This document shows positions 1 through 8,926 of a stretch of DNA of 32,000 bases, in pieces; within the stretch, counting starts at the first letter, position 1; each line of letters starts with the position of its first letter. The translations under genes were made by a program, and so were the position numbers. Origin of the DNA: Nitrosospira multiformis ATCC 25196 (GTDB lineage Bacteria > Pseudomonadota > Gammaproteobacteria > Burkholderiales > Nitrosomonadaceae); assembly GCF_000196355.1 (NCBI RefSeq), contig NC_007614.1:1350001-1382000 (forward strand). The letters are read 5' to 3'. The notes under the pieces are model-generated. The model worked only from the letters and a program-made list of their open reading frames with translations, made no database searches and was not told the DNA's origin.

Positions 1-1
1 G

Positions 2-571
2 AAAACGGCTCTGGAAAAATATCCCGAATATCGCGAGCACAGCGGTCTTCTGTTAGCCAACGACAGCGTTCTCGGTCCGCTTTTCAGCATCGATAATATC
101 ATCGCCAGACTTGAAGGTAGCGAGGCTGATATCGTGGGAATGACGGATTCTTTTCGTTTTTATCCCCACCTGCAGTCCTATTTCCTCTACTGCAAGAAAA
201 AAACCGTATCCTCCGATGAATTTCTTCGCTTCTTCACGGAAATCGAGGTTCTGGAATTCAAGCCGGCCATTGTTCGCAGATATGAAGTCGGTTTTTCCCG
301 CTTCCTCAGCCGGCGCTTTCGCCTTGCAGCGCTCTACAGTCTGGGACAGGTTCTTGCTCGAACTGATTACCATCAAAGGCCGCTGCAATGGGTCGAATCG
401 ACCTTTCACCTGTGGAAGCCGCTTATTGCCGAGTCTGGATTCCCGTTCCTCAAAAAAAGCGTGCTGACAAGAAGAGGTGTGAGCTTGGGGGAAGTTTCAG
501 CGGTCCTCGCGGAGGCGGGCTCTCCCTACGAGACAGAAATTCTCAACGACTGGATATTGCCCCGCGGATAA
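2..571 (+). CDS. RgpF-like (rhamnan synthesis protein F family) polysaccharide glycosyltransferase, 5'-truncated by the window edge
   Basis: Frame 2 is open from base 2 and joins the listed ORF 134..571. It reads KTALEKYPEYREHSGLLLANDSVLGPLFSIDNII...DIVGMTDSFRFYPHLQSYFLYCKK. The ANDSV.GP and HLQSYF segments are characteristic of the RgpF family. Stop TAA at 569-571. Confidence 0.65.
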   Translation, partial: KTALEKYPEYREHSGLLLANDSVLGPLFSIDNIIARLEGSEADIVGMTDSFRFYPHLQSYFLYCKKKTVSSDEFLRFFTEIEVLEFKPAIVRRYEVGFSRFLSRRFRLAALYSLGQVLARTDYHQRPLQWVESTFHLWKPLIAESGFPFLKKSVLTRRGVSLGEVSAVLAEAGSPYETEILNDWILPRG

Positions 572-826
572 GACAGAATTGCTCGACGGCGATTTCCCTT
601 CGTCATTCCCTTGAAAGCCTCGAAGAAGGAATCCGGAACCCTCGCATACGGATTTGCCCCTTCCGCTGAAGTGACGATCGAGCAACCTGCAAGCGCACTG
701 CTCACCCTGTTGAGGATCCGCACTCGGGGATTGCAGCAAAAATATCTGGGCTCCGGGACTATAAACCGGATATCCTTCGCCCTTCCACTGTTTTCACTTC
801 CACTCATAAAGTTACGATCAGCATAG

Positions 827-1594
827 ATGTCTTCATTTTTCATGGATGTATTATCCGGATGCGCTGTAGCGCTTTACGGATTGAAGGGCGGTTACACTGA
901 AGTCAATGTCAAAGGTCAATCCATACGTATCGCGGTGGACAATTTTCGGACGCTCCAGCGAGCAAAAACATATTCAATGAAAGAACCCGATACCCTGGAC
1001 TGGCTTGACGGCTTTGAACCGGGTTCCTGCTTCTTCGATCTGGGAGCGAATATCGGGCAGTATTCCCTGTATCCAGCAAAGAAATACGGGAAGGACATCC
1101 AGGTATACTCGTTCGAGCCCCAGTGCGCCAATTATTATTTATTGAATAAAAACATCTACCTCAACAAGCTCGATAAAAATATTACCGCCTATTGCGTAGC
1201 TGTTTCCGGAGAGGAAGGCTTTTCGAAACTTTATATTCCCAAATTCATAGGCGGTGGAAACCGCTCCCAGTTCGGAAAGGAAGATTTGAAGAATATGAAA
1301 AAATCCGCCGCGCATATTCAGGGCATGTTCGGCGTGACACTCGACGACTTATGCTCCAAATGGGGATTTCCCTATCCCAACTACATCAAGATCGATGTGG
1401 ATGGCATCGAGCTGGCTATCATCCGGGGTGGCGGGAATGTGCTCAGGAATCCGGCGCTGAGATCCGTCATCGTCGAGCTGGGAACAATCGAGGAGCAGCA
1501 GGAAGCGGTAGCGCTAATGGAGCAGGCAGGTTTGAAAGTCAGATTCAAAACCACCCGGAATTGGGGTGAAACCTGCTTTGTGTTCGCGAAATAG
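827..1594 (+). CDS. FkbM-family SAM-dependent methyltransferase
   Basis: 255-aa ORF. SAM motif I is FFDLGANIGQYSLY, and the FkbM-type segment IKIDVDGIELAIIRGG lies downstream. Size is typical of the Methyltransf_21/FkbM family. An alternative start at Met6 is possible. Confidence 0.85.
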   Translation: MSSFFMDVLSGCAVALYGLKGGYTEVNVKGQSIRIAVDNFRTLQRAKTYSMKEPDTLDWLDGFEPGSCFFDLGANIGQYSLYPAKKYGKDIQVYSFEPQCANYYLLNKNIYLNKLDKNITAYCVAVSGEEGFSKLYIPKFIGGGNRSQFGKEDLKNMKKSAAHIQGMFGVTLDDLCSKWGFPYPNYIKIDVDGIELAIIRGGGNVLRNPALRSVIVELGTIEEQQEAVALMEQAGLKVRFKTTRNWGETCFVFAK

Positions 1595-1747
1595 GGTTGA
1601 TCATCTCTTCTTTGCCGAAGCGCCGATACACTTGTCTCTGAGCCTGGCGAACGAGCGTGTCCCGGGCACTGCACGCCCCCTCGATCCTTCGACGACTCCG
1701 GAGCAAGGGAACGGAGACGAAAGCTCAGGCAGGCATTCGTTGACCGC

Positions 1748-3511
1748 TCAGCGGGAAACGAAAACCGCTTCCCTGTGAGACAAGGGGGGAGTATCCCGCT
1801 CCGCAGGTGCATAACGGGCTGCCTCCGCCGGCTGCACCCGTTCCGCTTTTCCTTTGGAAAGCGCAAAAATCACATCCGCTGCGTTGATTAGCGCTGGCTG
1901 GTGGGAGACGGCAACAACCGTGAGCTCCTGTGTGAGGTTTCGCAGGGTTTCACAGACAAGTCGCTCACTTTCCGGATCGAGCGCACTCGTCGGTTCATCC
2001 AGTACCAGAAAGAGCGGTCGGTGAGCCAGTGCCCGGGCAATGGCAATGCGTTGGCGCTGTCCCCCGGATAACAGGCCGCCACGCTCGCCGACAATGGTAT
2101 AGAGACCCTCCGGCAATCCACTGACGAACTCCCATGCGCCCGCTTGGCGCAGTGCTCTTTCCGCATCCGCTTCAGTCAGTTCGGGTGCGCCGACGAGAAT
2201 ATTATTGAGAATACTGTCATGCAGCAGGACGTTCTCCTGGGCGACATATCCGATCATGCGGCGCCAGGCACGTGGATTGATGTCGCGCATGGGCACGCCA
2301 TCCACGAGGATTTCGCCTGACTTGGGGTCCACCAGGCCGCACAGGAGATCCAGCATGGTGCTTTTGCCGACCCCCGACGGGCCGGCTATGGTGGTGAAGG
2401 ATCTGACCGGGATTTCGAGAGTCAGGTCCTGAAAAATCGGCCGGGTATCATAATCGAAATTGACGTGGCGCAGGCTGATGCCCTTTTCAAGGGTGGGTTC
2501 GCGTGTGCCCGAGGTTCTTTCCGCTGCCGCACGCGCTTCTGCGACAGCGGTACGCAAGGCCCAGTAGGCGCTTTCCTGCGCCATCAGATTCTGGTATTTC
2601 CTCTGCGTCTTGTTGAGCAGACTGAGGAGCCGGGTCAGAAGAAAAACCATCACCATCACCGAGGGCAACGAGAGCCCCCATATTTCCAGAGCCAGATAAA
2701 GGCCGATTGCCATCAGTGTGGCAAGGATAGGCTCCTGCAGCGCCATCAGGGCCTCGCGCGCGATGATTTCCCGCCGGGTAGCCTTTTCCAGTTGCTGGGT
2801 CTGATCGCGCAGGATCGCTTCGGCTACATTGTCTCTCGCCATGGCCTTGAGCGATTTTACCGAAACGAGCACATCCGAAAGGTACGTCAGCAGGTTTCGC
2901 AGCAGATGGGTCTGCCTGGTTCCCGCCTTGCGTGTCGCACGAATCAACTGGTGCAGTACCTGCATCATGATGATGCCGACCAGAATGGAAGTAAGGGTGG
3001 CCTCCCATGAAACAAACATGGCTACGGTTCCGTAGACGACAACCTGTACGGCCAGTGCGAGTACAGTGACGCTGTGCTCAAAGCCATTGGCTGCCCGGTA
3101 GGCTTCAGTGGCGACGGAATTGGCAAGCGAACCCATCGGCTGGCGCAGGTAATACTGCCACCGGCTGGCAAGCAGCGCGTCGATCAGTTCGAGGCGGAGG
3201 ACGGTGGCCACATGGGCGACCGCATAACCCACCTGCCTGTTCGCCATCAGTAATATGAGGCTTTTGAGGATCATTCCTCCCACGATGATCAGCAGCATGG
3301 CCCCTATGGTGGGAGAGATCCCGATGTTCTGGAGAACTTCGGCGATGTGCCGACCCATGTCCGAACTGGCGGAATCGCCGACAGCGATCGAAAGGAGGGG
3401 AAGGAGGGCAGTGAGGCTTAAGCCTTCTGCAATGCCTGCCGCCAGAAGCGCAACCAGGACGTACGCAGTACGCCTCGGGGAAAGCATGCAATAGGCAAAG
3501 AGAGTTCGCAT
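1748..3511 (-). CDS. ABC transporter, fused permease/ATP-binding protein (type-I exporter, MsbA-like)
   Basis: 587-aa ORF. The N-terminal half has multiple hydrophobic helices. The C-terminal NBD has Walker A GPSGVGKST, ABC signature LSGGQRQRIAIARAL, Walker B LFLVLDEPTSALD and H-loop VSHQ. Confidence 0.9.
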   Translation of the reverse strand: MRTLFAYCMLSPRRTAYVLVALLAAGIAEGLSLTALLPLLSIAVGDSASSDMGRHIAEVLQNIGISPTIGAMLLIIVGGMILKSLILLMANRQVGYAVAHVATVLRLELIDALLASRWQYYLRQPMGSLANSVATEAYRAANGFEHSVTVLALAVQVVVYGTVAMFVSWEATLTSILVGIIMMQVLHQLIRATRKAGTRQTHLLRNLLTYLSDVLVSVKSLKAMARDNVAEAILRDQTQQLEKATRREIIAREALMALQEPILATLMAIGLYLALEIWGLSLPSVMVMVFLLTRLLSLLNKTQRKYQNLMAQESAYWALRTAVAEARAAAERTSGTREPTLEKGISLRHVNFDYDTRPIFQDLTLEIPVRSFTTIAGPSGVGKSTMLDLLCGLVDPKSGEILVDGVPMRDINPRAWRRMIGYVAQENVLLHDSILNNILVGAPELTEADAERALRQAGAWEFVSGLPEGLYTIVGERGGLLSGGQRQRIAIARALAHRPLFLVLDEPTSALDPESERLVCETLRNLTQELTVVAVSHQPALINAADVIFALSKGKAERVQPAEAARYAPAERDTPPLSHREAVFVSR

Positions 3512-3739
3512 AAGTTGGGTCTGCAGACTATGGAGTTATCATAACCTAAATTACGGGCACGGTCTTGAAAAAACCCTTCCATTAACGAGGAATTCCATGG
3601 GGAAATTCAGCCGCAAAGCGGGGCGTAATGGAGGGTCATGCAGGGAAAAGGACAGACAGTGAAAGTGAGTACATATTCTGAAGCAACGGATCGGGCGGAA
3701 TTGCGGACAGGATGTGCCTGTGCGCTTGTTCCGGATTAT

Positions 3740-3967
3740 TCAGTCGGTCTTTCGAGCTCCGCGGATATTGATCGTTGCCAGAGCCAGCTGGAGACCGAGA
3801 ACCGCGAATGCTTCGACATGCCATCCCCAGATTACCCATAATACATTGCTGAGGAGGGAAAACAGAAAACCCGCGTGACGCATGCGCTTGGCCTGGTAGG
3901 TCAGAAGCCAGACCGAAAGAATATTGATCACCATGGCAGGCCACTGTAGTAAATTGATGTAATCCAT
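3740..3967 (-). CDS. Small integral membrane protein (about 75 aa, three predicted TM helices), function unknown
   Basis: Sequence is MDYINLLQWPAMVINILSVWLLTYQAKRMRHAGFLFSLLSNVLWVIWGWHVEAFAVLGLQLALATINIRGARKTD, with three hydrophobic stretches separated by basic loops. The first ATG is at 3967, with GGAGG only 3 nt upstream, which is short spacing. The ORF-track start at 3991 is a TTG, so the start is uncertain. No family motif is firmly recognised. Confidence 0.5.
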   Translation of the reverse strand: MDYINLLQWPAMVINILSVWLLTYQAKRMRHAGFLFSLLSNVLWVIWGWHVEAFAVLGLQLALATINIRGARKTD

Positions 3968-4004
3968 ATTCCTCCATTTTCCGGAAAACAAGCTGTGCTT
4001 CAGC

Positions 4005-4024
4005 GATATATGTAGATATATGTG
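4005..4024. repeat. Tandem 10-bp repeat GATATATGTA/GATATATGTG in the divergent promoter region between the small membrane protein gene and ku
   Basis: Two adjacent units are 9/10 identical, within an AT-rich stretch. Confidence 0.8.
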
Positions 4025-4312
4025 TTATGTTAAATTCAATGCGTAAAAAGCGTTAAAGGCATGCATGCCGAACGTAGGCCCGCCGACACATCTTTTCGCT
4101 CCAGCGATCAGGGCTTCGTGTCCAGTTTCACCTTGAACCGATCATCTCATCCATAGACTCGTAGTTCCGTTCGAAAGAACACAAATCAGAGTGGCGGAGT
4201 GGAAAAGGCTTGTATCTCCAGGGTGCGCAATCGCACATACAAGCGGAGGGGGGAGGAGCATGATTTGTATTTCGATATTTGGCCCTGGAAAGGGGCTCAT
4301 TTCCGATCAATC

Positions 4313-5227
4313 ATGGTTGCATCTGCCTCCACCCGGGCTTTATGGAAGGGCGCCATCAGTTTTGGACTGGTGCATATCCCCGTGGCCCTTCATACCGCAA
4401 CGACAGAGCAGGGTTTGAATTTCGACTGGCTGGACAAGCGCAGTATGGATCCTGTCGGGTATAAACGCATCAACAAGAGGACCGGGAAGGAGATCGATAA
4501 GGAAGATATCGTCAAGGGAATCGAGTACGAGGATGATCATTACGTGATTTTGAGCCAAGAGGAGATTGCTGCCGCTTATCCCAAGACCACGCAGACGATC
4601 GCGATCGAAATGTTCGTGCCGGCAACTGATATACCCTTCATCTATCTGGAGCGTCCCTACTATGTCACACCCGCCAATAAAGGCGAAAAAGTTTATGCGC
4701 TTTTGCGCGAGACCCTGTCCAGGACAGGGCGGGTCGGCATTGCCCGAGTGATTATTCAGACAAAGCAGCATCTTGCCGCTCTTATTCCGTTCGGTCGCGC
4801 ATTGGTTCTTAATCTATTGCGCTGGGGAGATGAAATCCGCAGCTCGGAAAATATGAGTTTTCCGGCCGAAGGCGCCAAGGAAACCGGCATTACCGATAAA
4901 GAATTGAAAATGGCTGAGCAGTTGGTAATGGACATGAGTGGCAAATGGAACCCGGAAGAATTTCATGATTCGTTTAAGGACGAAATCATGAAACTTGTGA
5001 ACGAGAAAGTTGAAACGGGTGATATACAAACCGTAGCAGAGCCGGAAGAAGTCGAGTTACAGCGTGGCGGTGCGCAAATACTCGATCTCACTGAATTGCT
5101 CCAGCGCAGCCTGAAGAAACACACAGACAACGAAGACCGTGACCGGCGACCTGTCAGAAAGCCCGCCAAATCGACGACTGCCTCATCTGCGCCTGCCCGC
5201 AGCGCACACAAGCGCCGGGCGGTATAG
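4313..5227 (+). CDS. ku: Ku protein (bacterial non-homologous end-joining DNA-end-binding protein)
   Basis: From Met39 of the listed ORF the protein starts MVASASTRALWKGAISFGLVHIPVALHTAT, the canonical bacterial Ku N-terminus. It also has a Ku core (YYVTP..KGEKVYALLRE) and a basic C-terminal tail. It sits 15 nt upstream of ligD. The 38 codons upstream of 4313 show no Ku similarity. Confidence 0.9.
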   Translation: MVASASTRALWKGAISFGLVHIPVALHTATTEQGLNFDWLDKRSMDPVGYKRINKRTGKEIDKEDIVKGIEYEDDHYVILSQEEIAAAYPKTTQTIAIEMFVPATDIPFIYLERPYYVTPANKGEKVYALLRETLSRTGRVGIARVIIQTKQHLAALIPFGRALVLNLLRWGDEIRSSENMSFPAEGAKETGITDKELKMAEQLVMDMSGKWNPEEFHDSFKDEIMKLVNEKVETGDIQTVAEPEEVELQRGGAQILDLTELLQRSLKKHTDNEDRDRRPVRKPAKSTTASSAPARSAHKRRAV

Positions 5228-5242
5228 GGCGAATTCGATAGA

Positions 5243-7804
5243 ATGACAAATGATGACTCGCTTAAAACTTACCGGGCCAAACGTGATTTCTCGGTAACAC
5301 CTGAGCCAAGCGGCGTTGCCAGTGGCAAGACAGCCATCAAGAGTACTGCCAAGGTTTTGTCGTTTGTTGTCCAGAAGCACTGGGCAACGCGTCTGCACTA
5401 CGACTTCAGGCTGGAACTGGAAGGAACGATGAAGAGCTGGGCTGTTCCCAAAGGCCCCAGTTTCGACCCTAACGACAAACGCATGGCGGTCCACGTCGAA
5501 GACCATCCCATTTCCTATAACAGTTTTGAAGGCGAGATACCCTCAGGTCAGTATGGCGCCGGTAAAGTCATTATTTGGGATAAGGGAACCTGGATTCCTC
5601 TCGAAGATCCGCACAAGGGGTATCGTGACGGCAAGCTGAAATTCGAGCTGCGGGGGCTCAAGCTGAAAGGGCACTGGGCCTTGGTGCGCATGAGAAAGGA
5701 AGAAAACAAAAAGCAGGAACCCTGGCTGCTGATAAAAGAAAAGGATGAATATGTCCGTTCATCGCGGGAGTATAGCGTGGTGGACGAAATGCCGGACAGT
5801 GTGGCCGAACTTGACGTGCCAGACGTGCCACAACCTTCCAAAGCTTCCGCAACATCGGGAAGCAGCTCACCCAAAAGCAGTTCGATATTCCGCAAGGGAA
5901 CGAAAACGACCTTGCCGGACAATGCGCGCAAGGCTGAGCTTCCGCGGACATTGACGCCGGAGCTCGCCACGCTGGTGGACGAGCCTCCTGTGGATCCGGA
6001 AGAGTGGATTTACGAAATCAAGTTTGACGGGTACCGGATGTTGAGCAGAATAGAGGGAGGAGAAGTCCGCCTCATAACCCGAAACGGAAATGACTGGTCT
6101 CATAAGCTGCCGCATCTGATAAAAGCGTTGGGAAAGCTCAAACTGAAGTCGTCCTGGCTCGATGGCGAAATTGCGGTGCTGGATGAAAACGGTATTCCCG
6201 ATTTCCAGTCGTTGCAGAATGCCTTCGACAGCGCGCATACCGAGAGCATCATTTATTATCTCTTCGATGTGCCCTTTTACGAGGGATATGATTTGCGGGA
6301 CGCTTCCCTTGTCGAACGCCGCGCCTTACTGCAAAAACTGTTTGAGGCACACGCCCCTGATGAAATACGCTTCAGCGACGTTTTCGATGTTTCTCCAGCG
6401 GAAATTCTCGATTCCGCTTGCCGGCTTGGACTGGAAGGAGTGATCGGCAAACGTAAAACCTCGGTTTATGTCTCGCGCCGATCCCAGGACTGGATAAAGC
6501 TCAAATGTAAAAACCGCCAGGAATTCGTTATCGGCGGATATACAGATCCCAAAGGTACGCGGAAGGGTATTGGTTCTCTTCTGCTCGGTTATTATGATGA
6601 AGACCGAAAACTCAGATATGCAGGGAATGTAGGCGCGGGATTCAGCGATAAGACGCTGGAGGACCTCAGGGCAAGGTTGGACAGAATTGCTTTGACGGAT
6701 AGCCCTTTTGTGAAAGCAAATGGCCTCGATAAAAACGCGCATTGGGTCGAACCCCGGCTTATCGCGGAAGTTTCCTTCGGTGAATGGACGCGAGGAGGTC
6801 ACATTCGTCACTCGGTATTCCACGGTTTGAGATCCGACAAAAAAGCGGATGTCATTGTTCGCGAGAAGCCCGTGCATCCCGCGGCGAAGTCGGCGCCTGC
6901 AAGCGCCATTCCAAAATCCCTGAAAGTGACGAACCCGGACCGAGTGATCGATCCCTCCACCGGGTTTACAAAGGTCGATCTCATACGCTACTACGCGCTG
7001 GTAGCGCCTTTGATGCTGCCTCACCTCGCACGGCGGCCGGTTTCACTCGTGCGTGCTCCCGAGGGGGTATCGGGCGAACTCTTTTTTCAGAAGCATTGGG
7101 AGAAAGAGAACATGCCGGGGATCGAGCAGCTTGATCCATCGCTCGACCCCGACCATCCTCCGCTGCTCGAAGTTTCAACCGCTGAAGGCCTTCTTTCCGC
7201 AGTGCAGATGAACGTGATCGAGTTTCATACGTGGAACGCCACCAAGAATGTCATTGGCAAGCCTGACAGAATCGCGTTCGACCTGGACCCCGGCAGCGGA
7301 GTCGAATGGGCCCTCATCCAGGAGTCGGCGCAGCTCGTCAATGTCTTTCTCAGGGAACTGGGGTTGAAATCTTTTCTGAAAACGAGTGGGGGCAAAGGCC
7401 TGCACATCGTCGTGCCGATCAGGAGGCTGCGTGATTGGGATACGGTGAAAGGTTTCTCTCAGGCCATCGTACAGCATCTGGCTAAAACCATTCCGACGCG
7501 TTTCACCGCAAAAAGCGGGCCTCGCAACCGGGTGGGAAAGATCTTCATCGATTACCTGCGCAATGGGTTCGGAGCCACCACCGTATCCGCCTGGTCAGTA
7601 CGCGCCCGGCCTGGATTGGGCGTTTCTGTACCGCTGGCGTGGGAAGAGCTGTCCTCGCTGAAAAGCAGTACTCGCTGGTCCGCTTCCAATATTCATGAAC
7701 GCCTGGATAAGGGTAATGACCCCTGGGCCGACTACGCAGAGACGAATCAATCGATAGTTCCTGCCATGAAAAAGCTGGGATTCACCCCTTCATCAAAGGC
7801 ATGA
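5243..7804 (+). CDS. ligD: Multifunctional NHEJ DNA ligase D (phosphoesterase - ATP-dependent ligase - polymerase/primase domains)
   Basis: 853 aa. The N-terminal PE domain has YRAKRDFSVTPEP and HWATRLHYDFRLE. A Ser-rich linker follows. The ligase domain has adenylation motif I EIKFDGYR, with the Lys codon at 6020-6022. The C-terminal LigD-Pol domain runs from about nt 6915 (TKVDLIRYY...FDLDP...GGKGLHIVVP). Domain order is the same as in Pseudomonas-type LigD. Confidence 0.93.
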   Translation: MTNDDSLKTYRAKRDFSVTPEPSGVASGKTAIKSTAKVLSFVVQKHWATRLHYDFRLELEGTMKSWAVPKGPSFDPNDKRMAVHVEDHPISYNSFEGEIPSGQYGAGKVIIWDKGTWIPLEDPHKGYRDGKLKFELRGLKLKGHWALVRMRKEENKKQEPWLLIKEKDEYVRSSREYSVVDEMPDSVAELDVPDVPQPSKASATSGSSSPKSSSIFRKGTKTTLPDNARKAELPRTLTPELATLVDEPPVDPEEWIYEIKFDGYRMLSRIEGGEVRLITRNGNDWSHKLPHLIKALGKLKLKSSWLDGEIAVLDENGIPDFQSLQNAFDSAHTESIIYYLFDVPFYEGYDLRDASLVERRALLQKLFEAHAPDEIRFSDVFDVSPAEILDSACRLGLEGVIGKRKTSVYVSRRSQDWIKLKCKNRQEFVIGGYTDPKGTRKGIGSLLLGYYDEDRKLRYAGNVGAGFSDKTLEDLRARLDRIALTDSPFVKANGLDKNAHWVEPRLIAEVSFGEWTRGGHIRHSVFHGLRSDKKADVIVREKPVHPAAKSAPASAIPKSLKVTNPDRVIDPSTGFTKVDLIRYYALVAPLMLPHLARRPVSLVRAPEGVSGELFFQKHWEKENMPGIEQLDPSLDPDHPPLLEVSTAEGLLSAVQMNVIEFHTWNATKNVIGKPDRIAFDLDPGSGVEWALIQESAQLVNVFLRELGLKSFLKTSGGKGLHIVVPIRRLRDWDTVKGFSQAIVQHLAKTIPTRFTAKSGPRNRVGKIFIDYLRNGFGATTVSAWSVRARPGLGVSVPLAWEELSSLKSSTRWSASNIHERLDKGNDPWADYAETNQSIVPAMKKLGFTPSSKA

Positions 7805-7824
7805 AGGCGCTATCCGGACAAATC

Positions 7825-8859
7825 TCATGGCTTCACTCCTGTAACCAGGCTGTAGTAACCGAAGGCCGGATGCACTTCGATGCCCTCAAATCCCGCTTCC
7901 GCCAGCATGGTTGAAAGCTCCCTGCCAGAGTATGATCTGCCTTCCGTCCATCCCATCATCAGCATGCTGAAGGCAGCGGCCGCAAACGGTCCGGTTTTTT
8001 CATCGTTGTAAAGCATGCCGTGGATGATGATGCGCCCGCCGGAAGGAAGACTGTTGAAGCTTTTAGCGGTGAGGAAATTACATTTTTCCGGAGGCCAGTC
8101 GTTGTAGACCGTGGAATAAAAGTGAAGATCGGCGGCAGGCAGCGTATCGCTCCACATGTTTCCTTCCTGTGTTCGAATACGGTCCTGCAGACCATGGCGA
8201 GCGATGAATTCCTGGGCGATCTCGCAAACGAGCGGGAAATCGAAAACGATGGCCTGCAGCTGCGGCCATTTCGATACGGCTCCAATCGAATGAGCGCCTG
8301 AACTGCCTCCGATATCGAGCATTGTCCGGTAGTTGGACAGATCAAGAATACCCGGCCAATAGAATGCGGAGGTAATACTGAAACTGTACATGCCACGGGT
8401 AAACTTCCGCACTTGCTCAGCCTGTTCCTCGGGAGATTGATATATACCTGCTCCTCCGTAGACCTGGGGACTGTCCGAGAGAATTGCTTTTTTCAGGCTG
8501 GCAAATGAGTGTACTTGATCATCGTCTATCATCAGATCCCACAAATAGCCGAAATAGTTCGGGCTCGTCTCCAGCAGATAGTGCCTCGCAAGGGGCGTGA
8601 GATAATAGAGCCCGTCCTGAAAGGATAAGAAACCGGCCGCGGTTGCAGTGGTTAAAATGGCTTCCGTGGGCCGCGCTTTGATATTCAATTTGCCACAGAT
8701 AGCGGTGAGCGACAAAGGCTTATCGGCAAGCAGGGGGAATATTTTCAGCTTGTGCGCCAGCAGTAAGGCGGGGTAGCCATACACTCCAAGCACGACATCC
8801 CATAGGGGGCGGTCGTCTTCTATCTGCTTGGGGGGTGTGTTCATGGAAGCTTGGGTCAT
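7825..8859 (-). CDS. Class I SAM-dependent O-methyltransferase (Methyltransf_2 / COMT-ASMT-CrtF-like)
   Basis: 344 aa. There is an N-terminal winged-helix/dimerisation-like region, SAM motif I MLDIGGSSGAHS, and the later acidic and aromatic motifs expected for small-molecule O-methyltransferases. GAGGA lies 6 nt upstream of the ATG at 8859. Confidence 0.85.
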   Translation of the reverse strand: MTQASMNTPPKQIEDDRPLWDVVLGVYGYPALLLAHKLKIFPLLADKPLSLTAICGKLNIKARPTEAILTTATAAGFLSFQDGLYYLTPLARHYLLETSPNYFGYLWDLMIDDDQVHSFASLKKAILSDSPQVYGGAGIYQSPEEQAEQVRKFTRGMYSFSITSAFYWPGILDLSNYRTMLDIGGSSGAHSIGAVSKWPQLQAIVFDFPLVCEIAQEFIARHGLQDRIRTQEGNMWSDTLPAADLHFYSTVYNDWPPEKCNFLTAKSFNSLPSGGRIIIHGMLYNDEKTGPFAAAAFSMLMMGWTEGRSYSGRELSTMLAEAGFEGIEVHPAFGYYSLVTGVKP

Positions 8860-8926
8860 TGCAGTTCCTCGAGACTGGGGATCATCTAGCGGGATCGTTG
8901 AACGGGAATGATGGAGACACGTTGGC

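Noticed and set aside
611-826. 71-aa TTG-initiated ORF whose TAG abuts the ATG of the FkbM methyltransferase (TAGATG).
   Set aside because: The geometry resembles translational coupling, but the peptide has no recognisable features, uses a weak start and has no SD. It is probably a chance ORF in the 255-bp spacer.
1748-3511. Possibility that the 587-aa ABC exporter is the NdvA/ChvA cyclic-glucan exporter partner of the synthase.
   Set aside because: Its size and architecture are similar, but that is generic for MsbA-type half-transporter fusions. It lies 11 kb away, next to glycosyltransferase and methyltransferase genes. No sequence-specific evidence is available without an alignment.
4199-4312. 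N-terminal extensions offered by the ORF track: Ku from 4199, SDR to 10582, AsmA to 12768, Sbp-like from 30501, small membrane protein to 3991.
   Set aside because: In each case family similarity begins at an internal Met (4313, 10411, 12705, 30540, 3967). The extension is non-homologous or uses a non-ATG start. For the Sbp-like gene a strong SD precedes the internal ATG.
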